43,731 nt of DNA from Candidatus Tenderia sp. (GTDB lineage Bacteria > Pseudomonadota > Gammaproteobacteria > Tenderiales > Tenderiaceae): positions 1-43,731 of the forward strand of contig JAYUTP010000253.1 of the NCBI GenBank assembly GCA_043755075.1. Reading direction: 5' to 3'. How positions within the stretch are numbered: position 1 is the stretch's first letter; the number at the start of each line of letters is the position of its first letter. The notes under the pieces were generated by a model. That model saw only the letters and a list, made by a program, of their open reading frames with translations, was not told the origin of the DNA and searched no databases. Of this stretch, positions 16,792-26,796 are shown piece after piece. The position numbers and the translations under genes are program-made.

Positions 16792-17924
16792 GATACTGCC
16801 TCATCCTTTACCGCAGTGATTACTTCTTCCACCTGAACATCACTCATCCCTGGATAAATCGGCAGTGATAAAAGTTCGGTAAAAACCTGCTCCGCGACAG
16901 GACACTGACCGGCATGTGCACCAAAACGTTCGCGATAAAAGCGATGCAGATTAAGTGGCAGATAGTGGACGTTGACGCCAATATCACGCTGGCGCAGCGC
17001 CGTAAATAACTCATCACGGGTTTTTCCAAACTGGCTGACATCAACCCGAATCGCATAGAGATGGTAGCCATGAGACACCCCCGCTCGGGTGGCCAGCGGC
17101 GTAACTCCAGCAACTGCGGCAAAGGCGTTGTCGTACTGCGCTGCAATCTGCTGGCGCCGTTTAATCCAGCCATCAAGCTTGTTCAGCTGCGAAATACCCA
17201 GGGCACAGAGGATATCGGAGATGCGGTAGTTGTAACCCAGCGAAACCATTTCATAGAACCACTGCCCGGCTGCTTCACGCTGGCGGCTATCGTTGTCGAT
17301 GCCGTGATTACGGAAACGGCGCATGGCGCGCCATAACGACTCATCATCGGTGACAATCATGCCACCCTCGCCAGTGGTGATGGGCTTTACTGGATGAAAA
17401 CTGAATGTGGTTAAATCGGCTAACTGCCCAACCTTGCCAAACTCAGACGAGGCACCGAGTGAGTGGCTGGCATCGGCCACTAATATCAGGTTGTGGCGAT
17501 TGGCGATGGTTTTCAACGCCGCGTAGTCACACGGCTGACCGGCGTAATCAACGGCGATAATCGCCTTGGTCTTTGACGTAATTTTTGACTCTACCGAAGC
17601 GGGATCGATCAGCAGAGTGTCGCGTTCAACATCGGCAAAGACTGGGGTGCCATTCTGAAAGACAACGGCATTAGCCGTCGCCACGAAGGTGATGGCAGGC
17701 ACGATCACCTCGTCACCGGGGCCAATCCCGGCTGCCACGGCGGCACAGTGCAGAGCGGCAGTACCGTTGCAAACTGCCAGGGCATGACGGGTACCGACAT
17801 AAGCGGCAACATTATGTTCGAACTCATCCACCTTGGGACCGGTAGTCAACCAATCCGATTCCAATGTTGCGGTGACCGCAGCCACATCATCGCCGCTGAT
17901 GGATTGGCGGCCATAGGGGATCAC
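16788..17924 (-). CDS. pseC: UDP-4-amino-4,6-dideoxy-N-acetyl-beta-L-altrosamine transaminase (DegT/PseC family)
   Basis: MIPYGRQSI..D..AV...L.SDWLTTGPKV..FE plus FSFHPVKPITTGEGGMIVTDDESLWRAMRRFRNHGI. These closely parallel the Helicobacter/Campylobacter PseC motifs, including the PLP lysine. Confidence 0.85.
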   Translation of the reverse strand: MIPYGRQSISGDDVAAVTATLESDWLTTGPKVDEFEHNVAAYVGTRHALAVCNGTAALHCAAVAAGIGPGDEVIVPAITFVATANAVVFQNGTPVFADVERDTLLIDPASVESKITSKTKAIIAVDYAGQPCDYAALKTIANRHNLILVADASHSLGASSEFGKVGQLADLTTFSFHPVKPITTGEGGMIVTDDESLWRAMRRFRNHGIDNDSRQREAAGQWFYEMVSLGYNYRISDILCALGISQLNKLDGWIKRRQQIAAQYDNAFAAVAGVTPLATRAGVSHGYHLYAIRVDVSQFGKTRDELFTALRQRDIGVNVHYLPLNLHRFYRERFGAHAGQCPVAEQVFTELLSLPIYPGMSDVQVEEVITAVKDEAVS

Positions 17925-18919
17925 AATCCCAGCTCCCGATTTAGCTCAACTAGCTGTGGTACTGTCAGGAATTCAGCGTTGTTGCCGGAGCTGTAGTAAA
18001 ACCCCTGCTCCACAATTTTGCCCTTCTCGCCCATACGATTAGTTTCAAAATTGACACTTCTGAACATCTGGATGGTGGGACAGATGACGTAGTGGTCGCC
18101 AAAGTCGAGTGTCAGATGAGAATCATCAGCGGGACACATTATTTCGTGCAGTTTTTCGCCGGGACGGATGCCAACAAATTCGGCCGGCATGCCGGGTGCA
18201 ATCGACTCCGCCAGATCCATAATCCTGATCGACGGGATCTTCGGCACAAAGAGTTCGCCACCCTGCATGCGCTGGAAATTTTTCAACACAAAATCGACTC
18301 CCTGTTGCAGGGTAATCCAGAAACGGGTCATACGTTCATCGGTAATCGGCAGTGCGTGTGCCCCCTCGGCAATAATTTTTCTAAAGAATGGCACGACTGA
18401 ACCACGAGACCCCACGACATTGCCATAACGCACCACTGAAAAGCGGCACTGGCGCGAACCGACGATGTTGTTGGCGGCAATAAACAGTTTGTCCGAGGCG
18501 AGTTTGGTGGCTCCATAGAGGTTGACCGGGTTGGCGGCCTTGTCGGTAGAAAGAGCGATTACCTTCTCGACGTTATTTTCCAACGCGGCCTCGATCACAT
18601 TCTGGGCACCGTGAATATTAGTCTTGATGCACTCCATCGGATTATATTCAGCCGCAGGTACATGTTTGAGGGCGGCGGCGTGGATAATAAAGTCGACATT
18701 ACGCGTCGCCTGTTTAAGGCGGTCGCCATCACGGACATCACCGATAAAGTAGCGCATCATCGGGCCGTTGTAGTGCTGCTGCATCTCGTACTGCTTCAGT
18801 TCATCACGAGAGTAGATGATCAACCTAGCGGGCTTGTAGCGTTCAAGCAGGGTTTTGATATAACGCTGGCCAAAGGAACCCGTGCCACCGGTGATTAGTA
18901 TCGATTTTCCATTAAACAT
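17921..18919 (-). CDS. pseB: UDP-N-acetylglucosamine 4,6-dehydratase (inverting), PseB/FlaA1
   Basis: SILITGGTGSFGQ, IIYSRDELKQYEM, YFIGDVRD, HAAALKHVPAAEYNP, STDKAANPVNLYGATKLASDKLF. This is the PseB signature set. Confidence 0.9.
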   Translation of the reverse strand: MFNGKSILITGGTGSFGQRYIKTLLERYKPARLIIYSRDELKQYEMQQHYNGPMMRYFIGDVRDGDRLKQATRNVDFIIHAAALKHVPAAEYNPMECIKTNIHGAQNVIEAALENNVEKVIALSTDKAANPVNLYGATKLASDKLFIAANNIVGSRQCRFSVVRYGNVVGSRGSVVPFFRKIIAEGAHALPITDERMTRFWITLQQGVDFVLKNFQRMQGGELFVPKIPSIRIMDLAESIAPGMPAEFVGIRPGEKLHEIMCPADDSHLTLDFGDHYVICPTIQMFRSVNFETNRMGEKGKIVEQGFYYSSGNNAEFLTVPQLVELNRELGL

Positions 18920-18955
18920 TTTTGAGTGCCCACCCAGTTGTCGTATGGGTAGTCA

Positions 18956-18971
18956 TACAATATCCATGCCA
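18956..18971 (-). promoter_or_regulatory. Weak candidate sigma-54 promoter for the pseB operon
   Basis: rc = TGGCAT-ggata-TTGTA. The -24 box is good, but the -12 box reads GT instead of GC. It lies 37 nt upstream of the pseB ATG. Confidence 0.3.
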
Positions 18972-19251
18972 CAGAATATCTGAAGATGGTGCTGGCTAAA
19001 TACCAAGGCCTCACACAAAGGAAGAGCACTGAAAACAAGGATGGCACGCCAGTGGATCATGCAGAAATTAACTTATGAGCGGTATTGAAGGCTGCTCTAT
19101 AACCGCGAGGGATGAAAGCAAATCAACTTACTTCATTGAGTTTTGTTAATAGCAAATAGTCAATTAAATGGCAGTGATCTCTCACCCTAAATTAACGATG
19201 GCAATTCGTTGACGTAACAGGCTGCCCGCCAAAGGCGGCTCAAATAATCGT

Positions 19252-20154
19252 TTATAGGTAATTGAACAACGACAAACTCTGTATTTTTTGGAACGACTGC
19301 TGCGCCGCCTGAAGACCAGTGAGCTGCAAATTGAGACGACCTATCGCCTCGGCATAATCGAGATCCTGAATATCAGAAAGCATTCCTTTGAGCTGCACAG
19401 TATATTGATCATTGCTACCCCTTTGGCTATCGATGGCATTGATACGTCCGCCTATCTCGGCCCTGACGCTGGATATTTTATCCATCGCCGTATCAAGATC
19501 ACTCAGCGTCTCACCTAGTGGGGTATTGTTATTCAGTGCAGTGGCGAAATCATAGACCGTTTTAAAAATATTCTGGGTACCACCACCACTGTAAGGCAAG
19601 TCCGCAAAAATGGCCGAGCCTGGATCAGAGGTGGCGATCTGTCGGGTTGGGCTGATCTGTAACGCACGTTGCCCTTGATCCCCCTGGTAGTTATAGACGC
19701 CTGGCGCGGCGTTGACGAAGGCCGGAGTATTGCCCTGAAAACCGGAGAACAGATACTCGCCGCTACCATCCTTGCTATTGGCCATATCAAATAGCTCATC
19801 CAAACGTTGCCACACCTCTACTGCGATTGCGTCACGCGCTCCCTGTGACAAAGAGCCATTTTCCCCTTGTATCGCCAGCTCCCGAATACGCTGTAACGAA
19901 TTTCCCGCCGCGATTAAGAGGGTCTCCTCCGATTCTAAGCGGGAAACCGCGCGGCCTGCATTCGTCTGATATTGCTCGGTAATGCCCAGCTTTTGGCTCG
20001 CCGTCAACGCCTGCGTCGCGCCTGTCGGATCATCAGCGGGAGTTTGTATTCTCCGCCCAGTCGCCAGCTGCTGCTGTGTCTGACTCAGGGTCGTTTGTCG
20101 ATCAAGAATCGAGTTGACCGCCAATCGTTGTATCATTTGAGTTGAGATACGCAT
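19252..20154 (-). CDS. flgL: Flagellar hook-associated protein 3
   Basis: MRISTQMIQRLAVNSILDRQTTLSQTQQQLATGRRIQTPADDPTG. Flagellin-like N- and C-termini. Positioned after flgK. Confidence 0.9.
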   Translation of the reverse strand: MRISTQMIQRLAVNSILDRQTTLSQTQQQLATGRRIQTPADDPTGATQALTASQKLGITEQYQTNAGRAVSRLESEETLLIAAGNSLQRIRELAIQGENGSLSQGARDAIAVEVWQRLDELFDMANSKDGSGEYLFSGFQGNTPAFVNAAPGVYNYQGDQGQRALQISPTRQIATSDPGSAIFADLPYSGGGTQNIFKTVYDFATALNNNTPLGETLSDLDTAMDKISSVRAEIGGRINAIDSQRGSNDQYTVQLKGMLSDIQDLDYAEAIGRLNLQLTGLQAAQQSFQKIQSLSLFNYL

Positions 20155-20157
20155 AGA

Positions 20158-22068
20158 TTACCCTCGCAGTGCCGCTATTAGAGACTGGAACATGGTATTG
20201 GTGACAACAAAAATTTGCGAGGCAGCCTGATATGCCTGCTGAAACTTCATCAGATTAGCCGCCTCTTCGTCCAAATTAACCCCCGACAATGCATCCCTGG
20301 CATTCTGCGCCTGATCCATCAGACGCGACTGTGACTCCTTAACAATCTGGGCCTGATTAGTTTTGATGCCAATATCCGCCACCATGCCGCCATAAAATTC
20401 GTCATAACTGGCGTTACCATTGTCGAGCTGGCGCAGTGTTTGCAGTTTTCCCAATAACAATGAATTACGGTTATCACCAATACCATTGGTATTATCACCA
20501 ATCGTGAATGTATCGCCATTGGCAGGCGCACCACTGATTGCCACCTTAATGCCGGTGCCATCACCGGGGTCATTGAGCAGGATTGTGCCGCCATTCACGT
20601 AGGGGACAGAAGCAGGTAGCGCGCCAGTAATCAAAACATTCCCGGCGTTGTAGGTCAGCGTAATGCCTCCACCCAAGGGCAAAGTTGCTGTATTGGTAAC
20701 CGCACCGGCCGATATCGCACCTGAGCCACTGTTACCAATTGTCTTCTGCGCCAGAATAGGCGAGGCCGCTGCCACCTCTCTGGGATTAGTGATTTTCAGA
20801 TCAATAAATGAAGCCCCAGTTTTGCCCGGTCTAATCGCATAACTATCGCCAATGGCTGCCCCCGCCGTAATGGTCAGGCTAAAACCATCCACCGCCGGAG
20901 TGGTGTAGGGAGAAGCTCCGCCAGTATTAAAGGTAAAAGATTGTTTGTCAGAGTCACGAATCATGGTGTAGTTGTTGCCACCATTAAAACGCAACAGATA
21001 CTCATCTTTGGTTAGCTGTTTTGAGTCCGCTAGGTTGGCTACCACTGCCCCAGGGGCACCAACACTCGGCAATACTTGCAGACTAGAGGTTTTGAAAAAA
21101 TCAGCGCCCAGTGCACCATTAATATCCTGCCCCAAGCGGTGCTGCGTATTAAAGGTGTCACTGATGCCAATCGCCAGTGCTCCCAGTGAATTCTGTGCGG
21201 GCGTCAGTACATTCTGGCGAAAATCAAGCAGGGCACCGAGCTTGCCACCCGTGATCTGCCCCGATACCTCCTGATTACCACTCACACCTGTATCGATACT
21301 GATTTCAAGCTGGCTAATATCATAGCTATTACGGGTCACAGCCAAATTACTAGCATCAAAATTGAGTACCAGCGGCTGGCCTTTACCGATAAAGACGCTC
21401 ACGGCACCATTATCCTGCATCACCGTACTGATAGAGACCCGCTCGGAAAGCTGAGCGAGCAAATTGTCACGGCTATCAAGCAAGTCATTGGGCGGGGTAC
21501 TGCCTGTCGCCAAAACGATATTGCGGTTGACTGCAGCCAGCGCCTTTGCCAGCCCATTGACCTCAGAAACATTGCTTCCGATCTGCTGGTTTACCTTGCT
21601 GCGCATATCCTCATAGCGTTGGTTCATATTCTTAAACCGATCTACTAAAGTTTCACCTTGAGTGATCATCGCCTGGCGCGCTGGCAGAGATGAGGGGTCA
21701 TTGGACACTCCCTGAACCGCACCAAAAAAATCCTGCACCACAGGCATCAGTCCAGTCTTCGGATCAGCCAGCATCTCGTCAATCGAGGTGGCATAAGATG
21801 CATAAGTATCGGCCTGATTAAAAGATGAGGTGTAGGCCTGTACCTGTCCGACCAAAAAACCATCGTAACTGCGGCTGACGTTATAAATAGTCACCCCGGT
21901 GCCAAGATAACTGCCACCAGTAAACTGTGGCGGCTGGGTGCCAAGTTCAACCCGCTGACGGCTATAACCCTCGGTATTGGCATTGGCGATGTTATGGCTA
22001 ACCGTCTGCAGGCTGCGTTGATACGCCAACAGTCCAGAAACCCCTACACCCAACATTCCTGACGCCAT
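20158..22068 (-). CDS. flgK: Flagellar hook-associated protein 1
   Basis: GVSGLLAYQRSLQTVSHNIANANTEGYSRQRVEL N-terminus. C-terminal SGVNLDEEAANLMKFQQAYQAASQ. Confidence 0.9.
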   Translation of the reverse strand: MASGMLGVGVSGLLAYQRSLQTVSHNIANANTEGYSRQRVELGTQPPQFTGGSYLGTGVTIYNVSRSYDGFLVGQVQAYTSSFNQADTYASYATSIDEMLADPKTGLMPVVQDFFGAVQGVSNDPSSLPARQAMITQGETLVDRFKNMNQRYEDMRSKVNQQIGSNVSEVNGLAKALAAVNRNIVLATGSTPPNDLLDSRDNLLAQLSERVSISTVMQDNGAVSVFIGKGQPLVLNFDASNLAVTRNSYDISQLEISIDTGVSGNQEVSGQITGGKLGALLDFRQNVLTPAQNSLGALAIGISDTFNTQHRLGQDINGALGADFFKTSSLQVLPSVGAPGAVVANLADSKQLTKDEYLLRFNGGNNYTMIRDSDKQSFTFNTGGASPYTTPAVDGFSLTITAGAAIGDSYAIRPGKTGASFIDLKITNPREVAAASPILAQKTIGNSGSGAISAGAVTNTATLPLGGGITLTYNAGNVLITGALPASVPYVNGGTILLNDPGDGTGIKVAISGAPANGDTFTIGDNTNGIGDNRNSLLLGKLQTLRQLDNGNASYDEFYGGMVADIGIKTNQAQIVKESQSRLMDQAQNARDALSGVNLDEEAANLMKFQQAYQAASQIFVVTNTMFQSLIAALRG

Positions 22069-22139
22069 ATTTTTGCCTCATCACGTTCAACATGGCTACT
22101 GCGTCTGCGCAAGCAACCGATTGATGCAGATACTCCCCG

Positions 22140-23153
22140 CTAGGTTAACGGCCCTTGCGTTAATTTCTGCAACCTAGCCGTTGCATCACCCAAAAGATCA
22201 CCCTTCATCAGTGTATTGATTTTGGTCGAATAGTTAGGATCTGTGGCATAACCTGCCTCATGCAAAGCATTGATAAAGGCCGGGCCATTGTTTGTCTGAC
22301 CTAAGGCCTGCTGATAACGCGGGTTTGACTTCAGAAACGCCACATAGTCCCTGAAACTTGCTTCAAAATCGGGATAGGCGCGGAAAGCCGCCTGCTGCTG
22401 CACAGCACTACCTTTTTCATATTCCAGCGTCTTCACCGTCACCTGCGCTCCGCTCCAACGTTTATCAGCTTTGATATTAAAAAGATTGTTGCTGCTAATA
22501 CCGTTGGCATCACGACTGACACTTCTCCCCCAGCCAGTCTCCAGCGCCGACTGCGCCAACAACACCTTCGGCTCAACCCCGAGTTCAGTGCCATACTTCT
22601 CTGCCAGTGCATAGAGTTTTTCAACAAAATCGGCGGGCGAATCAAAGCCAACATTAGTGATAGGTGCTGAATTAGAAGGGAGCTGTGTAACAGTAGCCGG
22701 GGTAGCAGCAGCCAGCGTAGACGGCGCAGTAGTAAGTGATACGGCCGACACCGCCAATGGCATTGTCGGCAAACGCTGAAATTGAGCAGATAATCTCAGC
22801 CGTTCCATATCAAGCTTCAGACCTTTCTGTGGTTCCGCCACTGGCGCGCCTTGATCTTTACTTAACTGTTTCACCAACATGTCGGCAATCCCGATTTGGC
22901 GCTTCTTGGCCATATTAATGGAGATCTGCTGATCGAACATATCCTGGTAGAAACGGCTCTGATCACTGTCAAACATTCCATCACCACTTGATGTCTGACG
23001 CATCGATTTGAGCATCATCTGCAGGAAAATCGCCTCAAACTGCTCTGCCGTCTTTTTTAATGCCTCAGGCGATCCCTGCGCAGCATCACGTTTGAGATTG
23101 CGCAACGAAGAGACATCAGTATAGACATCACCGCTGTTGACCGGAATCGACAT
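22140..23153 (-). CDS. flgJ: Flagellar rod assembly protein / peptidoglycan hydrolase
   Basis: N-terminal rod-binding motif FEAIFLQMMLKSMR. C-terminal glucosaminidase domain (LLAQSALETGWGRS...NNLFNIKA). The start overlaps the flgI stop (TGATG). Confidence 0.9.
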   Translation of the reverse strand: MSIPVNSGDVYTDVSSLRNLKRDAAQGSPEALKKTAEQFEAIFLQMMLKSMRQTSSGDGMFDSDQSRFYQDMFDQQISINMAKKRQIGIADMLVKQLSKDQGAPVAEPQKGLKLDMERLRLSAQFQRLPTMPLAVSAVSLTTAPSTLAAATPATVTQLPSNSAPITNVGFDSPADFVEKLYALAEKYGTELGVEPKVLLAQSALETGWGRSVSRDANGISSNNLFNIKADKRWSGAQVTVKTLEYEKGSAVQQQAAFRAYPDFEASFRDYVAFLKSNPRYQQALGQTNNGPAFINALHEAGYATDPNYSTKINTLMKGDLLGDATARLQKLTQGPLT

Positions 23154-24262
23154 CAGATAATCACCAACTCAGCACGCAAGGCACCGGCCTCTTTTAATGC
23201 TTCAAGAATCGCGACCAAATCCCCCGGTGCGGCACCCACATTGTTGATTGCCTGCACAATATCGCCAAGTGAAACGCCTGGTTCAAACAAGAACATTTTG
23301 CTGTTCTCCTGGGTCACTTTGATATCGGTGGTGGGAACCACCACCGTATTGCCACCGGCCAATGCGCCAGGCTGACTGACGGCGGCTTTTTCAGTGATCG
23401 TCACCGTCAAACTGCCATGTGTCACTGCCGCCGAAGTCACGCGCACATGGCGGCCGATCACCACCGTACCGGTACGAGCATTAATAATGATACGCGCGGA
23501 TGCCTCGCCCGGCTCCAGTGTCAAATTTTCGATCATCGAAAGATAAGCAACACGCTGTCCCGGATCACGCGGGGCATGCACCAGAATCGAGGAGCCATCC
23601 ATCGCCTCCGCCGTGCCCATGCCGATCTTTTCGTTAATGGCATCAGCCAGTCGATTGGTTGTGGTGAAATCAGGAATAAAGAGATTCAGCACAAAACTAT
23701 TCTCGCCACCAAATACCGTCGGTGCGGGACGTTCGACCATTGCACCGCCGGGAATACGACCCACACCCGGAATATTAATGGATATCTTGGAACCATCACC
23801 GCCACCGACCCCCAGACCGCCAACCACCAAACTACCTTGAGCGATGGCATAGACCTGATTGTCAGCCCCCTTCAGCGGTGCCATCAGCAGACTACCGCCA
23901 CGCAAGCTCTTGGCATTACCAAGTGATGAAACGGTGATATCGATGCGTTGCCCGGGTTTAGCAAAGGCGGGCAGATCGGCATGAATCGAGACTGCCGCCA
24001 CGTTCTTCAATTGTGGATTAACGTTAGGCGGAATCTGCACACCAAACTGCGCCAACATGGTCTTGACGCTTTGTACTGTGAAGGGTGTCTGAGTGGTTTG
24101 ATCGCCCGTGCCATCAAGCCCCACCACGATGCCATAACCGATCAGCTGATTGCTACGCACCCCTGCTACCGCGGCCAGATCCTTGACCCGTTCGGCGTAG
24201 GCGCCTTGCGCCCATAGCAGTGTGGCCAACATGGCCAACAGCAGCATTTTTTTGCTTATCAT
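23153..24262 (-). CDS. flgI: Flagellar P-ring protein
   Basis: Signal peptide, then [31 protein letters not shown]-terminal [17 protein letters not shown]. Confidence 0.95.
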   Translation of the reverse strand: MISKKMLLLAMLATLLWAQGAYAERVKDLAAVAGVRSNQLIGYGIVVGLDGTGDQTTQTPFTVQSVKTMLAQFGVQIPPNVNPQLKNVAAVSIHADLPAFAKPGQRIDITVSSLGNAKSLRGGSLLMAPLKGADNQVYAIAQGSLVVGGLGVGGGDGSKISINIPGVGRIPGGAMVERPAPTVFGGENSFVLNLFIPDFTTTNRLADAINEKIGMGTAEAMDGSSILVHAPRDPGQRVAYLSMIENLTLEPGEASARIIINARTGTVVIGRHVRVTSAAVTHGSLTVTITEKAAVSQPGALAGGNTVVVPTTDIKVTQENSKMFLFEPGVSLGDIVQAINNVGAAPGDLVAILEALKEAGALRAELVII

Positions 24263-24283
24263 TATCGCAATAACTCCTGGCCG

Positions 24284-24985
24284 TTAAAACGGCCACCACT
24301 TGCCATTAAAGAATCGCGCCAACCAACCCTGGTTATTCACATCCGCTACCATACCTTCACCTATATAGGCGATATTGGTATCAGCCACCTTGGTAGAGAG
24401 CACCGAGTTATCGGGATTGATGTCCGCTGCGCGGACAATGCCGGAGAACTGCACATACTCATCTCCTTGATTAATGGTGAGGCGCTTTTGTCCCTTCACA
24501 AACAGATTTCCATTTGGCAACACTTCAGCCACCGTGACAGTTATGCTACCAGTCAAGCTATTGCTCTGGGCCGAATCGCCCGCGCCGGTAAAACTATTGC
24601 TGCTACCCAGTGATGCTGCCAGTGTTGAATCTGAGCGCGGAAATCCCAGCGAAAATCCGCGCCCAAAGAGCGTCGGATTTTCAATGTTAACCGAAGTATC
24701 CTTGGCGGTATTGGTCGCCGCTTTTTTCGAAGCATTGGTCTTTTCAGTCAGGATGATAGTAAGGATATCGCCCACCCGCCGCGCCCGCATATCTTCATAA
24801 AGCGATACTTCATACCCCGCCTGAAAGATAGCGCCATTCTGTGATGGCGGCGGACTATAGTAGGTAGGACGAGACGCCTCAAAACCATCAGAGATTGAGC
24901 GCACGGGTGTGGTCGAACACCCCACCATCATAGCGCCACTCAGCAGCGCCACTATCGCTGAAAAATACTTATCGTTAGACGTCAT
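24284..24985 (-). CDS. flgH: Flagellar L-ring lipoprotein
   Basis: Lipobox LLSGAMMVGC. SLYEDMRARRVGDILTIIL and GEGMVADVNNQGWLARFF motifs. Confidence 0.95.
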   Translation of the reverse strand: MTSNDKYFSAIVALLSGAMMVGCSTTPVRSISDGFEASRPTYYSPPPSQNGAIFQAGYEVSLYEDMRARRVGDILTIILTEKTNASKKAATNTAKDTSVNIENPTLFGRGFSLGFPRSDSTLAASLGSSNSFTGAGDSAQSNSLTGSITVTVAEVLPNGNLFVKGQKRLTINQGDEYVQFSGIVRAADINPDNSVLSTKVADTNIAYIGEGMVADVNNQGWLARFFNGKWWPF

Positions 24986-25000
24986 TAAGAGTTACCTCGC

Positions 25001-25789
25001 TTAGAGGTTCTGAGCAGCATACTGCAACATCTGATCAACGGTAGAGATTGCTTTGGAATTCATCTCATAGGCGCGTTGCGCCTCTATCATACCGACCATC
25101 TCTTCCACCACGTTGACATTGGAGCTCTCCAATGCCCCCTGCGCAACACTACCGAGACCATTCAGGCCAGGCGTTCCTGCCTGTGGTGCGCCACTGGCAG
25201 CTGTTTCGAGAAATAGATTTTCACCCACTGGCTGTAAGCCGCTGGGGTTAATAAAATCGGCGAGTTGGATAGCACCTACTTGAGCTGGGGCGGTCTGCCC
25301 CGGTTGTAATGCCGAGATCACACCATCAGTACCAATGGTGATTGAGAGCGCATCAGCGGGCAGTGTGACGGCGGGTTGAACCAGATAACCGCTTGACGTC
25401 ACCAACTGCCCTTGAGCATCCACTTGAAAACTACCATCACGTGAATAACCGAGCGATCCATCAGGACGCAATACCTGAAAAAAACCACGCCCCTGAATGG
25501 CAAGATCAAGTGCATTATCAGTCTGCTGATTATTGCCCTGAGTAAATATTTTTTCAGTCGCCACTGTCCTGACACCCGTACCAAGCATCAACCCCGAAGG
25601 TAATACTGTGTCCTGCGATGATTGTCCTCCTGCCTGTCTAACGTTTTGATAAAGAAGATCCTCAAACACCGCGCGGCTCTGTTTGTAGCCCGTGGTATTA
25701 ACGTTCGCCATGTTGTTGGATATTACCGTCATGCGGGTCTGCTGTGCATCAAGACCGGTTTTTGCTACCCATAGTGCTGAATTCATCAT
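25001..25789 (-). CDS. flgG: Flagellar distal rod protein
   Basis: [32 protein letters not shown] ... [28 protein letters not shown]. Confidence 0.95.
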   Translation of the reverse strand: MMNSALWVAKTGLDAQQTRMTVISNNMANVNTTGYKQSRAVFEDLLYQNVRQAGGQSSQDTVLPSGLMLGTGVRTVATEKIFTQGNNQQTDNALDLAIQGRGFFQVLRPDGSLGYSRDGSFQVDAQGQLVTSSGYLVQPAVTLPADALSITIGTDGVISALQPGQTAPAQVGAIQLADFINPSGLQPVGENLFLETAASGAPQAGTPGLNGLGSVAQGALESSNVNVVEEMVGMIEAQRAYEMNSKAISTVDQMLQYAAQNL

Positions 25790-25830
25790 TAACTCCTTGC
25801 TGGATGATTTATAAAATCACCCATCTTGAT

Positions 25831-26574
25831 CTAGCTCAATTTCATTATCTGTTGTGAAGCGCCATCCAGCTCGTTGGCCTTCTCCATCACCTTAATCTGC
25901 ATTTCAAATTTTTTCGCCAGCTCCATCATCGTTACCATGCTCTTTACTACATTGACATTACTGGTCTCGAGCATGCCGGACGTCAAAGCAACACCACCAT
26001 TGGCCACCGCTGTGGCACCATCATTCATCCTGAAGAGGCCATCTGCCCTTTTACTGATGTTGATGTCATCCGGCCGTACCAATTTAATACGATCGACCAC
26101 TGCCAGCGTTGCCGGCGACTGACCTACGGGCCGGATTGAGATTGTGCCATCGGCACCAATATCGATTTTTTCATAAGGTGGAATAGTAATTGGAGAACCA
26201 CTATTACCCATCACCGGATGCCCTACCGCCGTGGTTAACAATCCGGTAGGCGTAATGCGCAGATCACCGGCACGGGTATAGGCTTCACTACCATCTGCCC
26301 CTTGAACCGCAATCCATCCTTTACCGTTGATCGCCACATCGAGTTCATTCCCGGTACTCATCAATGAACCGGCGGTCACATCCGAACCTGATCCTTGAGT
26401 GATGGCGTAAACACGACTGTCATGCCCTTGACCATATACTGGCAGGCTCTTGGCATAAGCAAGATCCTCCTTAAAACCAACCGTATTGGCATTGGCCAGA
26501 TTGTTGGCATTTTGTGTCTGGGCATACATAATTTCTTTGCCTGCGCTACTAGCCAGATACAAGACTTTATCCAT
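25831..26574 (-). CDS. flgF: Flagellar proximal rod protein
   Basis: Rod-family N- and C-termini (NNLANANTVGFK ... LETSNVNVVKSMVTMMELAKKFE). Positioned before flgG. GAGGTG RBS. Confidence 0.9.
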   Translation of the reverse strand: MDKVLYLASSAGKEIMYAQTQNANNLANANTVGFKEDLAYAKSLPVYGQGHDSRVYAITQGSGSDVTAGSLMSTGNELDVAINGKGWIAVQGADGSEAYTRAGDLRITPTGLLTTAVGHPVMGNSGSPITIPPYEKIDIGADGTISIRPVGQSPATLAVVDRIKLVRPDDINISKRADGLFRMNDGATAVANGGVALTSGMLETSNVNVVKSMVTMMELAKKFEMQIKVMEKANELDGASQQIMKLS

Positions 26575-26628
26575 GGTTCACCTCACTACAATTTATTTGA
26601 CACCATTAGTGTCCTTACTTGATTAGAT

Positions 26629-26644
26629 TGCAAGCAGAGTGCCA
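26629..26644 (-). promoter_or_regulatory. Sigma-54 promoter for flgF (flgFGHIJ... unit)
   Basis: rc = TGGCAC-tctgc-TTGCA, a perfect match to the RpoN -24/-12 consensus. It lies 55 nt upstream of the flgF ATG. Confidence 0.7.
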
Positions 26645-26745
26645 ACAGCATTCTCTTTTAAAATTCATACAACTATTGCAGGGATTAAAGCGTTACACCA
26701 AGAGCAGCGGAAAAAATGTGCCGCTATTGCGGCAAAAATTGGGGC

Positions 26746-26772
26746 AAAAAAAGGGAGAGCCAAAGCTCTCCC
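26746..26772 (-). terminator. Rho-independent terminator after flgE
   Basis: Minus strand reads GGGAGAGC-tttg-GCTCTCCC followed by TTTTTTT. Perfect 8-bp GC-rich stem, about 25 nt after the flgE stop. Confidence 0.7.
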
Positions 26773-26796
26773 CGAGTTGAAAAAACTTTATTAATG

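Noticed and set aside
19042-19089. 15-codon micro-ORF (MARQWIMQKLTYERY) in the flgL-pseB spacer, and a 35-codon hydrophobic ORF on the opposite strand
   Set aside because: The plus-strand ORF has no properly spaced RBS, because AAGGA abuts the ATG. The minus-strand ORF has no RBS at all. There is no supporting signal.
22069-22139. Separate sigma-54 or sigma-28 promoter for flgKL
   Set aside because: I scanned this gap and the 3' end of flgJ for TGGCAC-N5-TTGC and GCCGATAA-type boxes on the minus strand and found no convincing match.
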